From assembly GCA_964658305.1 (NCBI GenBank), contig OZ210885.1, forward strand, positions 744,001-808,000: 64,000 nt of DNA, in the 5' to 3' direction. Shown piece by piece: positions 13,401-23,256 of this stretch (the stretch's first letter is position 1; each line of letters begins with the position of its first letter). Source of the stretch: Leptogorgia sarmentosa (Eukaryota). Made by a program: the position numbers and the translations under genes. The notes below the pieces were generated by a model. The model made no database searches. It saw nothing but the letters and a program-made list of their open reading frames with translations, and was not told the DNA's origin.

Positions 13401-16400
13401 TTCTTTTTGCAGTGACGTTGTGTTGTTCACGGAAACTGACGTGCACAGAACATCATCAGTCACGCCTTCTAATGTCGCTGGTAACAGTATCGACTACAGT
13501 TTTTACGTCAACTACCCCAATCAAAATGTTCCAATTGTTGGCAATATATTAGCATCGATTGTGAAATATGAATTGTTAAGAATGCAATCGGAATCTGCTC
13601 TTTTCTTCTCCCTGGAAACATCGTTCAGTCCTTATGCACCCTCGCCGCCAACATCAGATCAGTCCAGCAATACTGTACTGATCAGGATTTTTAATCAAAC
13701 GTCTACTGAGGTATGTAATCTTTATAATGTTTGCCCTCGTTTAAACGTATACCATATTCTGTTCCACACACGTATATTCGTCCCATATTCGTTAATTTTT
13801 CGTGTAAACATAAACAAACTCTCATAATAATGAGTAATGACAACTTCTGTTCAATTGACTTTTTCTAATTTCCTTGCAGTGGACGGCTATTAAAGACAAC
13901 AGATTCAGAAATTCAATATCAAACCAAGTTGGTGCTTATTGTTCAGATTGTTTGATTGCGTGCGTCCTAATGACAAGGTAATATAAAGACCGTAAAGTCT
14001 TAAAGTTCAGACAAACTGGCTAAGCGCTGAGTGCACGAGACATGTGATCATTGCTTCTGATGCAATATTTCCCAGAATATTATAGCGGCAATACCACATT
14101 ACATTTTAACTCCAAATATTGCTACCAAAATATACTTTCTACCAAATTGCCCTGATTATTCTGTAAAATAATGGTTTAAAATGAAATTGAATATATGTAT
14201 ATTATGTAATTTGTTAGGTATGCATTAGTTATGATTATGGTAAAATCAAGTATAAGTGACATGTTTATTAAATATTCTGTATTATTTTAGTGACCTGACA
14301 TCGTTCTCACCATCAAACGTGACTCGGAATCAAAGTTCCCCTGTGCAAGATGGATATCATGTCATTTATACTTTGTTTGTTGACTATCCATCTGGCAGTG
14401 GACCAATTCAGCAAAATTTACTGGCAGCCATTTTAACTATTCGACTTGAAAATATTGAGAACGAAACCAATATGAGACTTGAAATAATCACATCAATTCT
14501 GGCACCGTCTCCTCCTGCTGCCGACTCAAATAAAACTGACGAATCAGTAACCATGGTAGCACGTAATATTAATGCCTCGCAGGTAATTAACAAATATAAC
14601 TTCGTTGAGGCAATGAGACTGAATTACTTTTATTTCACGAAATATCTTGGAATCAGAAGTATACCAACTGTATACTGATTGTGAATACACCTCGAGGGAG
14701 CTCTGTATTCAATTATACTATTCTTTGTGTTCATTTGAGATAGTTCGTGGACGTTTCCACTGGTGATTTTATTCTGCATGCAATAAGTAGTATTCCCAAC
14801 ACCAATATAAAGTCTTCAAGGCTTCGGCCATATCAGCTATCACCTCATAGAAATCTGGAGTTCATAACCTAATTAAATTGTTTTTCTGTTTCAGTGGTCA
14901 GCCATTCAAGATAACAAATTCCGTGGGTATGTTGCCCAGGCAATTGGCGAATATTGCACAGCAAATGATGCACAACGTGATGAATGTGACCTTCCCACGT
15001 ACGTTTTTGACTAATTTATCTCATTTTATCACTTCCTATACTACTCCTGAATCTAGGAAATGGCTAATTTATTTTAATTTATTCATTTAGAAGAATTATT
15101 ATATCCTTAATATCTATATAATTATTCTTTGCCTGGCGTTTGTCGTTTGACGTTTGAACGTGTAGCTTAAACTCTCTAGTTATAATTCACATAGCGGAGA
15201 CGTTTGAAAATTAGAATTTCTCACCACAAAAGTATGTATGAATGTTTGCCGACCTCTTACTGTTGTTTTAATAAAGTTTTCAAATACTCGCGTTTTTCAT
15301 CCTTCCATATTATGCGACATTAGATGGCGTCACCATTTTTGAAGCTGCTCAAAGATTAAAAGATTATTTATTCGGTTGCATGACAAACAAGAAATTTCGG
15401 AAATATCACAATTTTTCTATTAGCTATCACTTTGTGGTTTTCAAAAAATTTGTGCCCGTAAATTTAGGCATCTTTCTGAAGTTAACGTTTCTTCACCTCA
15501 TTAAACACAGACGGTAGAAGTGACCTTTTTTGATAAAACTGAGTTGTTAATAATTCTTGATATCAGAATGAGTAAACTGCATGTAGTCAATGACAAAATC
15601 AAAATGCGGTAAAGTTGCACTCGCTACCTGAATTATAAAACAAGATGCAACGTTCTCTAGCTGGGTTCTTCGTCCGGAATTTGTGTGGGTGGTCGAGAGA
15701 AAGTACCCGTAATTTAAAACAAATGCACCACACATGTTAAAATAACATGTGACAAATTTAAAAGTGGTTGAACCAACAATGTATTAAGGCATCATATAGT
15801 TTCCTTTTTATTTCCAGGCCAAGAAGGAAAAAACGAGCTGCAACGTAAGTGCATAAGCTAACTTATTTCACTTCAAGAAACTAGTGACCTCCATGTTCTT
15901 TAAATTATACTACCACTGGGTGATATTGCCTCTTTTATACTTCCCAGAGTAACGTGGCAAAACTTTATGTTGTGCCTTCAAAACTGGGAGCTCATTTGCA
16001 TCCCCTCCCCTGATCTACCTTTACTCTGCATTCATATTTTATTCTCTTTAGAAATGACGCTTCGTTTACACAAGATCACGTCCAACGTGTCCCAGGTTCA
16101 CCCTCACAAGATGGCACTGATTCTGAAATCGAATTTTATGTTAATTATCCTGGTGGTGGTACAATGTCTAAGGAAATTTTACTTTTGATCATGAATGAGA
16201 AAACCGACTCTATTGCCAATAATACTGAAATGGCTCTTGTGTTGATAACTCCCGAATTTCCAACACCTCCTCCAGCAACACGCAGTCAAAATGAAAGCGC
16301 TGTCTCTGTTGTATTGAAGAATTTCCAAGTGGGCGAGGTTTGTTTGTCTAGAAATTAAAAAGAAGAAATTAGAAATTAGTGTCCGATCGACACTGTTGAG

Positions 16401-19400
16401 CTTCAAGTTTAAAAGCTCTGTTTGCATGCATCGTCTACACACTTACAATTTTTGCTGCGAAATTTCTATAGTACGGTTGTCTCCTTTTGATCGATGTAAA
16501 CGGGAAAACCAGTCACGAATTTTCCAGCGAAAACATGCACTTAGCGTGTTTGTTATCATTCTACTCAATCACATCATTCAGAATGAGAAAATCGTAAGCG
16601 CGGCTTTTGCCAGCACACAGTAATCAGAGTGATAATTTGTTGATAACCAAGTTTACCCTCACCTAACTCCCAGGCCGAATGACGTAATGGTAAAAAAGGT
16701 GAATACAAACAAAGCGTCAAGAAGAAATGTAAAACAATGTAAAATGTCCAAATTTTGGATGAGATAAACGATAGCTGTAACGACAACTATAACAATGTCA
16801 ATATGTAGAGTGACGTTAACTTATTTCAAACTTGCCTGTTCTTTTAGTGGCCTGCCAGAGATTTGCCGTTCCGACAGAATATGGCCAAAGAAATTCAGGA
16901 CTTTTGTAGCACTTATAACACTCTTTGTAACATCACAGTGTGAGTATTGTAATATCACAGCATTATAGACATCGTTTCTCAATTCCGAGCAAGTCTCATG
17001 GTTGCAGGTTCTTACGTATTATATACTATACTGTAACAGCAAATGTAAGAACAAGTTGTTAAATTTAACATTAATTACAAATGCTCGTGTGAGTTAATTT
17101 TCATAACATTACTGAATCACTTTTTCCATTAATTCGTGTTGTTCAGATCTGTGTAGTTGTACATAATTACTCCCTTTGTCAGCGATATTCGTTTCTCTTT
17201 CAGTGACGACCTGAACAGCCTCACAAGTGCTGACATTCAAAGACTGCCAGGTTCTCCAACACAAAATGGCACCAATTCAATCCTCAAATTTTACGCACAG
17301 TTGACAAGCGGTAGAGTTATTCCTAAAACCATCTTGGCCACCATCTTCGTAGAAAGACGGGAAAAAATATTTTCACTTGACAGCAGTCTGGAAGATTTCA
17401 CAGAAAGTTTTACATCTGATGAAACAGTTCTTACTGCAGAACAACAACAAAATACAGTTCCTATTAAATTAATCAACTTTCCTCGTTCAAAGGTGAGTGC
17501 AGCAGCTCTGGGATGGTTGATTTGTTGGTGTTTGAGGTGTATACGTATTTCTGATTTATTCAGTCCCATTTTTCGCAAAATGTGCCTTCTTATAAAACTA
17601 TGTTTGTCTGAAATGAAAAAAAATTCAATACAATTTTGGAAAGTTGTTTTTAATTTTGTTGACACAACCATGAGCAAAATTTGGTTTTGTGGTCATATAT
17701 TTTCTTAAGTATTTTTATTTATATATTAACGTTGAAAATTCAAGCCATTTTGTTAAATTACACTTCACATGAAATATATTTCATCGTGATTATGTTACGT
17801 TGTGTTCCCTTGCTAATATAGTTCACATCCTTGCGAAAGATGGATATCAAAGCGTCAGTTGCACGAAGAATGAATATCTTTTGCTTTACAACAGCTGCAG
17901 ATACGTGCGGTATTACAAGGTAGGCATATGTACAATCAATTTCTACCATTTTTAGAACATGAAATGCACAACAGGAATAAGATTTTGTGCAACAGATAAT
18001 GAATCTTGTTGTATGAAAATATAATTAGGTCTAATGTAATGGTGTCCTTCTTGTTAATAATTATTGAAGAATAATAAGTAAACTGCAGTCATTGCCGAAA
18101 TGAAAGTGATTGACGAACTCTGGGACGTTATAAGGCATCATATTTCTTTTTATTTCCAGGCCAAGAAGAAGAAAGAGAAATACGAAGTAAGTGCATCACC
18201 TAAATCATTACAATTTCAACTCGTGAAACTAGTGACCATTGGTTTTTCCAAAAACTTTAATATTAGTGACGGATCTTAATTGAATATAAAGAATGTGGTG
18301 TTGCGACAAAATAATGAAAGATGATAAATAACATTTTTCACTGGAAGAGTGTTCGTTCTACTTTGGTGTCAGTGTAGCAACAAGGCGGCAACGTCAAATG
18401 GTATATCTACTTCAACACTGAGGAGGTCTCGATATAACTATAACATTTGACATCGTTTTTTAATAAAAAAATCATAGCTAATCTTGCCATGTTATTGTAA
18501 GTACCAACCATCCGTCGATCTATACGTACAAGAGATAATAGATAACAGAAATAATACAGAAATAATAGATATATTATATACGTACTTCAATATAGCAGAA
18601 GCTCAGGGGCCGGTCAGTGTGCGAAAGTCGGATAACTTTATCCACTGGATAGTGATTTTTTTAACTGTTGTAAAAATGACGCACCATCTAGGATCTAATA
18701 AATGCAATTAAGATCTAAATCAATTACATCTCTAAAATGCTCACATGTATTTCCAGCAGTGAACAATTCAGTGAAAATGACGTCATAGTTACCGACTCCG
18801 TCATGGCAGCCGGAAATGATACAGTTATCAATGTTGTTGTGAACGAACCAGGAGAGAATAACTCAGTTCCAGCTAATATTGTTGAAGAAGCAATGCGTGA
18901 ATCCATTGAAACTGATAACACATCACTCATTACTGGTTTACAACTTGCTCTTGTTAATACACCGGAAGTAATTACAACCAATCAACGTTCCAACGCAGTC
19001 AGTGTTCGCTTACCAAACACTCAGGCGAGTGAGGTGAGTTGATTCATTAATCATTCAACGAAACTTCTCAAACAGGTAGATCAAAGATTGGGTGAACATG
19101 GCTATAAGGTTAATCCTCCCATACTTTAACAATTTGAGAATGGAATTATGGAAATAGTTTTAATCCTGTGTTATTATTTGCACTGAAATTAAACCATGTT
19201 GTTCAAATGAATACATTTTAGTGGCAATTTGAGGATGAAATATCATTCAGAGAAAATATGTCGGAAGCCATTAAACAATTTTGTGTAATGAGTGCGTTAC
19301 ATCTGGATTTGTGTGGCCTTACTAGGTATGTATAACTATTAAGGCATTATTAAGGGTTGCGATTGTTCAAAGTTCAATATTTGGCCATAACAAACGCTAA

Positions 19401-22286
19401 TTCCAACAAGGAGCAAAACGTCTACTCACACATAAATATGACACATTAAGTGTCGACGTTTCGAGCACTGATTCCCGATGAATGGCCTTAAAACGTCTAA
19501 ACGTATTGTGTCCCATCGTAGAACTTGTTGGTGATCTGGATCAATGTGAAGTTTTTATCTCTTTGGCGTTGTGAGATATACAGAAATATAATAATTATAT
19601 ACATGCACCAAGTAAAATAAATCAACATTAACTAAATTATCAGTTGAAAACTGAATTATCAGCCTGTATGTGCCATCTCCTTTATATCGTAGCTATATCT
19701 ATGCAGATCAACGTTTTCAGATGCTGTTGAGTTCTCCCTGCTAAGAGTTCTCCCTGCTAAACCGTTAAGGTTTTTGCATAAAATATAAGTGTGAAGAAAC
19801 GGCTTAACAAAATATTTCATTATAGTGCTCAAGTTAATGAAATCCAACCCTTGAATGTGAGGACATTGCCTGAATCTCCAAGTCAAAATGGAACAGACAC
19901 CATACTGTCGTTCTTCGTGGATCTGCCCAGTGGAACAACTATGCCTTTGGATGTTTTAACAACAATATTCAAGTCATCACCAAACATCCTTTCACAACCA
20001 AACAGTGTTAGCTCAGCAACAAGCGAAAACGTTAACCCTGTGCTTACAGATGCTGAGACTAAAAACCTCGTTCCATTGTCCATAAATATCCCAGCAAACC
20101 AGGTAAAATATCCCCAACATAATAAGTTTCTTCCAACTTTGGAATCAATATTTCGAGCTTTTATCGCCCATACTAGTTTTTTTTTTAAATAGATTTAGAA
20201 AACACGACGCGACGTCAAAGACCACGTGAGCATGGCGTGCGTTGCACATGTAGTGGACATGCCACGACAGTTGTATTTTGTCTTTGACGTCGCGTCGTGT
20301 TTTCTAAATCTAGCTAATGATGAACTAGAATTAAATTCTGTACAAATGGATATAAGATTTAGATAAGACGAGAAAATTTACTCCAATTAAACAAAAAAGT
20401 TTGACTGTTTCTCAAGAAGCTCGATTCCCATAATTATCATAATTATTCAAACCTGAAGCATTTTTTGCGCTTTAATTAACGCCGTTTTAACTGTTCATAA
20501 TTATAATTAAAGTGTGGTTTGTTTTTTGTTAAAAATATGTAGTAACGCTATTATAACAACACAATTATTGACCGTAATTATCGGTGAATGTTTCCAGGAC
20601 TTATACGGAGGATTTATTTCGACTTTGGTAAAATAATTATCGTTTTATAGCAAATTTCGGAAAAAAATACATTGCCTTTGGCATTGTCAGGAGAGGACAA
20701 TTTCAAAGTGACGACAAAATTCCATCACTGAAAACGTAAATAATTTTCAACTTACCAGCGCCCTAACACAGCATTTCAGTACAACGTTTACTAAAAATCT
20801 GCATGATTCATTGCGATATTTATTTTATGTTGGTTTGTTTTTGCTTTCCTAATCTACTTCAATTATTATCAAAATATCTTTCTTTCGTTTCAGGATGTAA
20901 GACTGGATATTCAGGTTTCAATAGCGCACAGACTCAATGAATATTGTAAAAACAATTCCCAAGCTGAACTTTGTCCCAGCAGTCGGTACGTGATATTATG
21001 ACACAACTAATGTTTTTGCTATAAACATAGGTAGCCCAGCGCACGCATGACGTAGTATTCATAATAATACTATACTAATGAATACTACGTCATGCGTGCG
21101 TTGGGCTACCCTATATGGTTATGAATGACAGTTGTTGTACATTTTAATACAAAAATGCACAGTGAGTTGTCATATGGAATATTGATTTGAGATGATAATT
21201 ATGCAATCATAATTATAATCTAATGATCAGAATTTTTGCCACAATGATCAGACAAGCCTGCCCTATCATGCCACCATTTTCAATTTAGCGAGGAGCGAGT
21301 GGTAAATAATAATAATGTTTTTACGAATACAACAGTGTACAAAATATATGTTTAGCATTAGGCTCGTTGACATTTGTAACTGAAAAATTAACATTTATAA
21401 AGCAATGTACAAAATATATGTTTAGCAATTAAGTTGCAAAACAGCCGGAAACAAAAAACCTGACCCGGCCTCACTTCAGAAAAATTGTGAGAAAGAGATA
21501 GGCGTATAGGTATGCACATTTTGTCTAATATTTCTATAATTTCTACGCTTATTTATTATTATATCAGGAACTTCACCAAAGATGATATTCGTGTTGTTAT
21601 TCATCGTAACAATGGCTCTGTCAGTTTTGTGGTCACTGATCCCGATACTGGATCAACACTTCCCGTGAACCAAATACAAGAAGCAATCAGTGGAAAGTTC
21701 AATTCCATAATTTACGGTCTACCACTCACAGTGTCTGCTAACGTTGATGATGAAGAAGATGAGGACTGGCCATTGATAATAGGATTAAGCATTGCTGGAG
21801 CATTTATGTTTTTACTTCTGATTGTTTCTGCGATTTATGTGTAAGTTCACTGTTTGTTTTTAACAATTTAAGAACGAGTCGCGTGTTTTTTATAGTGTAA
21901 TTATGCAATTAATGTTAGGAAATGTTTAAAACCATAAATTGCTTTACTTCTTCAAAAAGAAGAAGGAAAAAGCTTTGTTTTTTGTGTTAAAATTTGTCGA
22001 TACGATGAGATTCGATCTGTGTGCTGTTTTACATTACACACTGCGAAAATGTCACCTTTCTATCTTTTGTATCGACTAAAATGTTGTTTATTTATTTTTT
22101 AGCATGACAGTTCGTTCTGGCAAAGTACAGGGTAAAGTAAATCTAGGCTGGAGACGGTCTGTCTATTCTGGTCATTCTGATGGCGGTTGGCAATTCGACA
22201 GAAATTCACCATACACTGGGTCACCATTTTCAGAAATTGATGGTATACCCGGCTTTGATGCTGATGGTCTGCCATCAAATATTTAG
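1173..22286 (+). CDS. Gene A (5'-partial, spliced): mucin-4/SUSD2-like type I membrane glycoprotein: VWD C-terminal region, cadherin/Ig-like domain, 7 EGF, 9 SEA-like modules, TM, cytoplasmic tail
   Basis: Frame-consistent GT-AG exons: 1173-1427, 2105-2304, 2396-2726, 4179-4304, 5728-5850, 6181-6318, 8048-8170, 9107-9235, 10268-10377, 10616-10719, 11205-11502, 11948-12060, 12648-12942, 13093-13196, 13413-13710, 13880-13977, 14291-14582, 14895-14998, 15818-15844, 16052-16337, 16848-16939, 17204-17492, 17822-17919, 18160-18186, 18757/18760-19033, 19222-19325, 19826-20102, 20894-20985, 21568-21840, 22103-22286 (TAG). Nearly all have a counterpart in gene B. Confidence 0.88.
2105..2726 (+). CDS. 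Gene A exons: cadherin/Ig-like domain (NNVPVF...ATDADGDPLTF) plus two EGF-like domains
   Basis: N-x2-P-x-F and A-T-D-x-D-G-D cadherin-like motifs in 2105-2304; CVNGGEC...CNCPVGRTGEFCE and a second 6-Cys EGF in 2396-2726. Confidence 0.85.
3387..3641. mobile_element. MITE, family with ggggccggtt...aaccggcccc TIRs
   Basis: TIRs plus internal inverted tttagcttaaacggtggata/tatccaccgtttaagctaaa; relatives at 8543, ~12349 and ~41221. Confidence 0.75.
4179..9235 (+). CDS. Gene A: five phase-1/1 EGF exons, four with the calcium-binding consensus
   Basis: 4179-4304 DINECSS, 5728-5850 DVDECNG, 6181-6318 ALLECPRE, 8048-8170 DINECATT, 9107-9235 DIDECFEG; 6-Cys spacing with C-x-N/D-x2-G-S/G-Y-x-C-x-C. 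Confidence 0.9.
4587..5475 (+). mobile_element. Non-autonomous dispersed element (5' hairpin, 3' end ...atataataaa) with a nested GC-richer insert
   Basis: Hairpin 4601-4730 (acacgg..aagatatgaatttt / aaaattcatatctt..ccgtgt); absent from the equivalent gene B intron. Confidence 0.55.
4762..5062 (+). repeat. Degenerate minisatellite-like array of ggggcc(a/g)ttttggccc motifs
   Basis: About ten imperfect copies of gggcc(a/g)tttt(g)g; resembles subterminal repeats of a DNA transposon end beginning cacacagtaaaaag. Confidence 0.7.
6337..6769. mobile_element. MITE with ~36-bp perfect TIRs (agagaccttaagattgacgttttctctcgtttcccgc), flanked by AAT on both sides
   Basis: TIRs read directly; AAT at 6334-6336 and 6770-6772; absent in the gene B paralogous intron. 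Confidence 0.85.
8543..8786. mobile_element. MITE, ggggccggttgttcgta TIR family
   Basis: ggggtcggttgttcgtagcctgtttagcctaaacggcggataagtc ... gacttatccgccgtttaagctaaacggcgtacgaacaaccggcccc. Confidence 0.8.
8817..8928. repeat. Perfect 42-bp inverted repeat with a 28-nt spacer (foldback remnant)
   Basis: 8817-8858 is the exact reverse complement of 8887-8928. Confidence 0.9.
10268..21723 (+). CDS. Gene A: nine tandem ~135-aa SEA-like modules, each a short phase-0/2 exon plus a long phase-2/0 exon
   Basis: Short exons (10616, 11948, 13093, 13880, 14895, 16848, 17822, 19222, 20894) share W-x6-7-F-R-x2-V/I-A/S...F/Y-C-x5-13-C. Long exons share V-x-R-L-P-G-x-P...F-Y-V...L-A-x-I...N-S/T-V-x-I. The repetition is seen directly; the SEA fold is inference. 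Confidence 0.75.
12349..12555. mobile_element. Degenerate copy of the 8543-8786 MITE family
   Basis: gccggttgttcgtagccg ... ttttggacttatccaccgtttag; internal sequence similar to 8543-8786. Confidence 0.6.
15818..15844 (+). CDS. 27-nt microexon encoding a furin-type site (T)PRRKKRAA(T), gene A module 5
   Basis: tttatttccAG|gccaagaaggaaaaaacgagctgcaac|GTaagt; phase 2/2, frame-preserving; R-x-K-R consensus. Confidence 0.8.
18160..18186 (+). CDS. 27-nt microexon encoding a furin-type site (R)PRRRKRNT(N), gene A module 7
   Basis: tttatttccAG|gccaagaagaagaaagagaaatacgaa|GTaagt; phase 2/2; equivalent position to 49953, 54729 and 59505. Confidence 0.82.
20190..20312. mobile_element. Short MITE-like element with perfect 33-bp inverted arms
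   Basis: tagatttagaaaacacgacgcgacgtcaaagac / gtctttgacgtcgcgtcgtgttttctaaatcta. Confidence 0.8.
21028..21113. repeat. Short palindromic MITE-like element
   Basis: ggtagcccagcgcacgcatgacgtagtattcat / atgaatactacgtcatgcgtgcgttgggctacc, one mismatch. Confidence 0.8.
21568..21840 (+). CDS. Gene A exon: end of module 9, acidic juxtamembrane stretch and transmembrane helix
   Basis: ...NVDDEEDEDWPLIIGLSIAGAFMFLLLIVSAIYV, a ~24-residue hydrophobic run; donor gt|GTAAGT at 21841. Confidence 0.88.
22103..22286 (+). CDS. Gene A terminal exon: cytoplasmic tail ending ...DADGLPSNI*
   Basis: Polypyrimidine tract plus AG at 22101-22102; phase 2 matches the TM exon; stop TAG at 22284-22286. Confidence 0.7.
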
Positions 22287-22700
22287 TCGAATCAACATGA
22301 ACTGCACAAGAATAATTAAAACAGCACATCTCAGTCTTCTATATATATCACAGCAAAATAATATCAAAACTATATCCATCCTGCCATGGTTACAGTCAAT
22401 CCATCCTGCCAATAACAGCACCATATCAATTGTATCATCTACTGGGCGTATAAAGAAAGTTGAGCCTTTGAAGTGAAGTAAGTAGCGGAAGTACTGTTAT
22501 ATTGTCGCAACTACTACTTTTATTGATAGCCCTATAATTGCTTGTAATGAATGCATGTGTAAAAGCACAAAATCATATACACATTGGAGAAAACTAAGAC
22601 GACATGTACGTACAAAATAACTTTTTAAGCAAAATTATTGTTCAAAGTATTTTTTCCGGGCAGAGTTGATATTGATTGATTTAGAGCTATCAAGTGACTA

Positions 22701-23256
22701 TACAGGGTATACCAAAGATAATCTATTGTTAAAATTTCAATCCTTTAGCACGAAATGGAACCCACGAGTGCATAAATATGTATTGACAAAATATTCTGTT
22801 TCCGTATTTACGAAACTCCTTTAATTTAATTTCGAAGGGCACATCTTTTAATTTCTTAATAAGTCAATACTTAATATATGCACCTTTCAACACTTTTCAC
22901 TGTTTACATTCGGCTTCGTGCTTGGTCACTGAAAATATGACAATAGACTATAATTAATCAATATTTTGCCGGCATTTTTGTACCCTGTACAGGGTTTTTC
23001 AAAAAAAATGGGCAAACGATTGAAAATAAGCTATTGTTCGAATGTGAATGGCATAATCTGTGACGAGTTCATCATTCATGCCAAATTGCCTTGAAATTCG
23101 CAAGAGCGAACAATCTTGCTGGCGTTACAAACATACTTTAATCAGCCATTTTTTTATAATATTATGCACCTCTAATTTTATGCACCTTTGCATCGGGCAT
23201 TCAAATTCGAACAACAGAGTTTTTTCACCGTTTGCCCCTTTTTTTTAGAAAAACTG
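22701..23256. mobile_element. Two abutting Tc1/mariner-like MITEs (22703-22987 and 22990-23256) sharing a TA
   Basis: TA|cagggta...taccctg|TA|cagggtttttcaaaaaaaatgggcaaacg...cgtttgccccttttttttagaaaaactg. Confidence 0.6.

Noticed and set aside
22180..22476. Alternative-frame ORF extending beyond gene A's stop codon
   Set aside because: Not in phase with the TM exon donor; treated as 3' UTR
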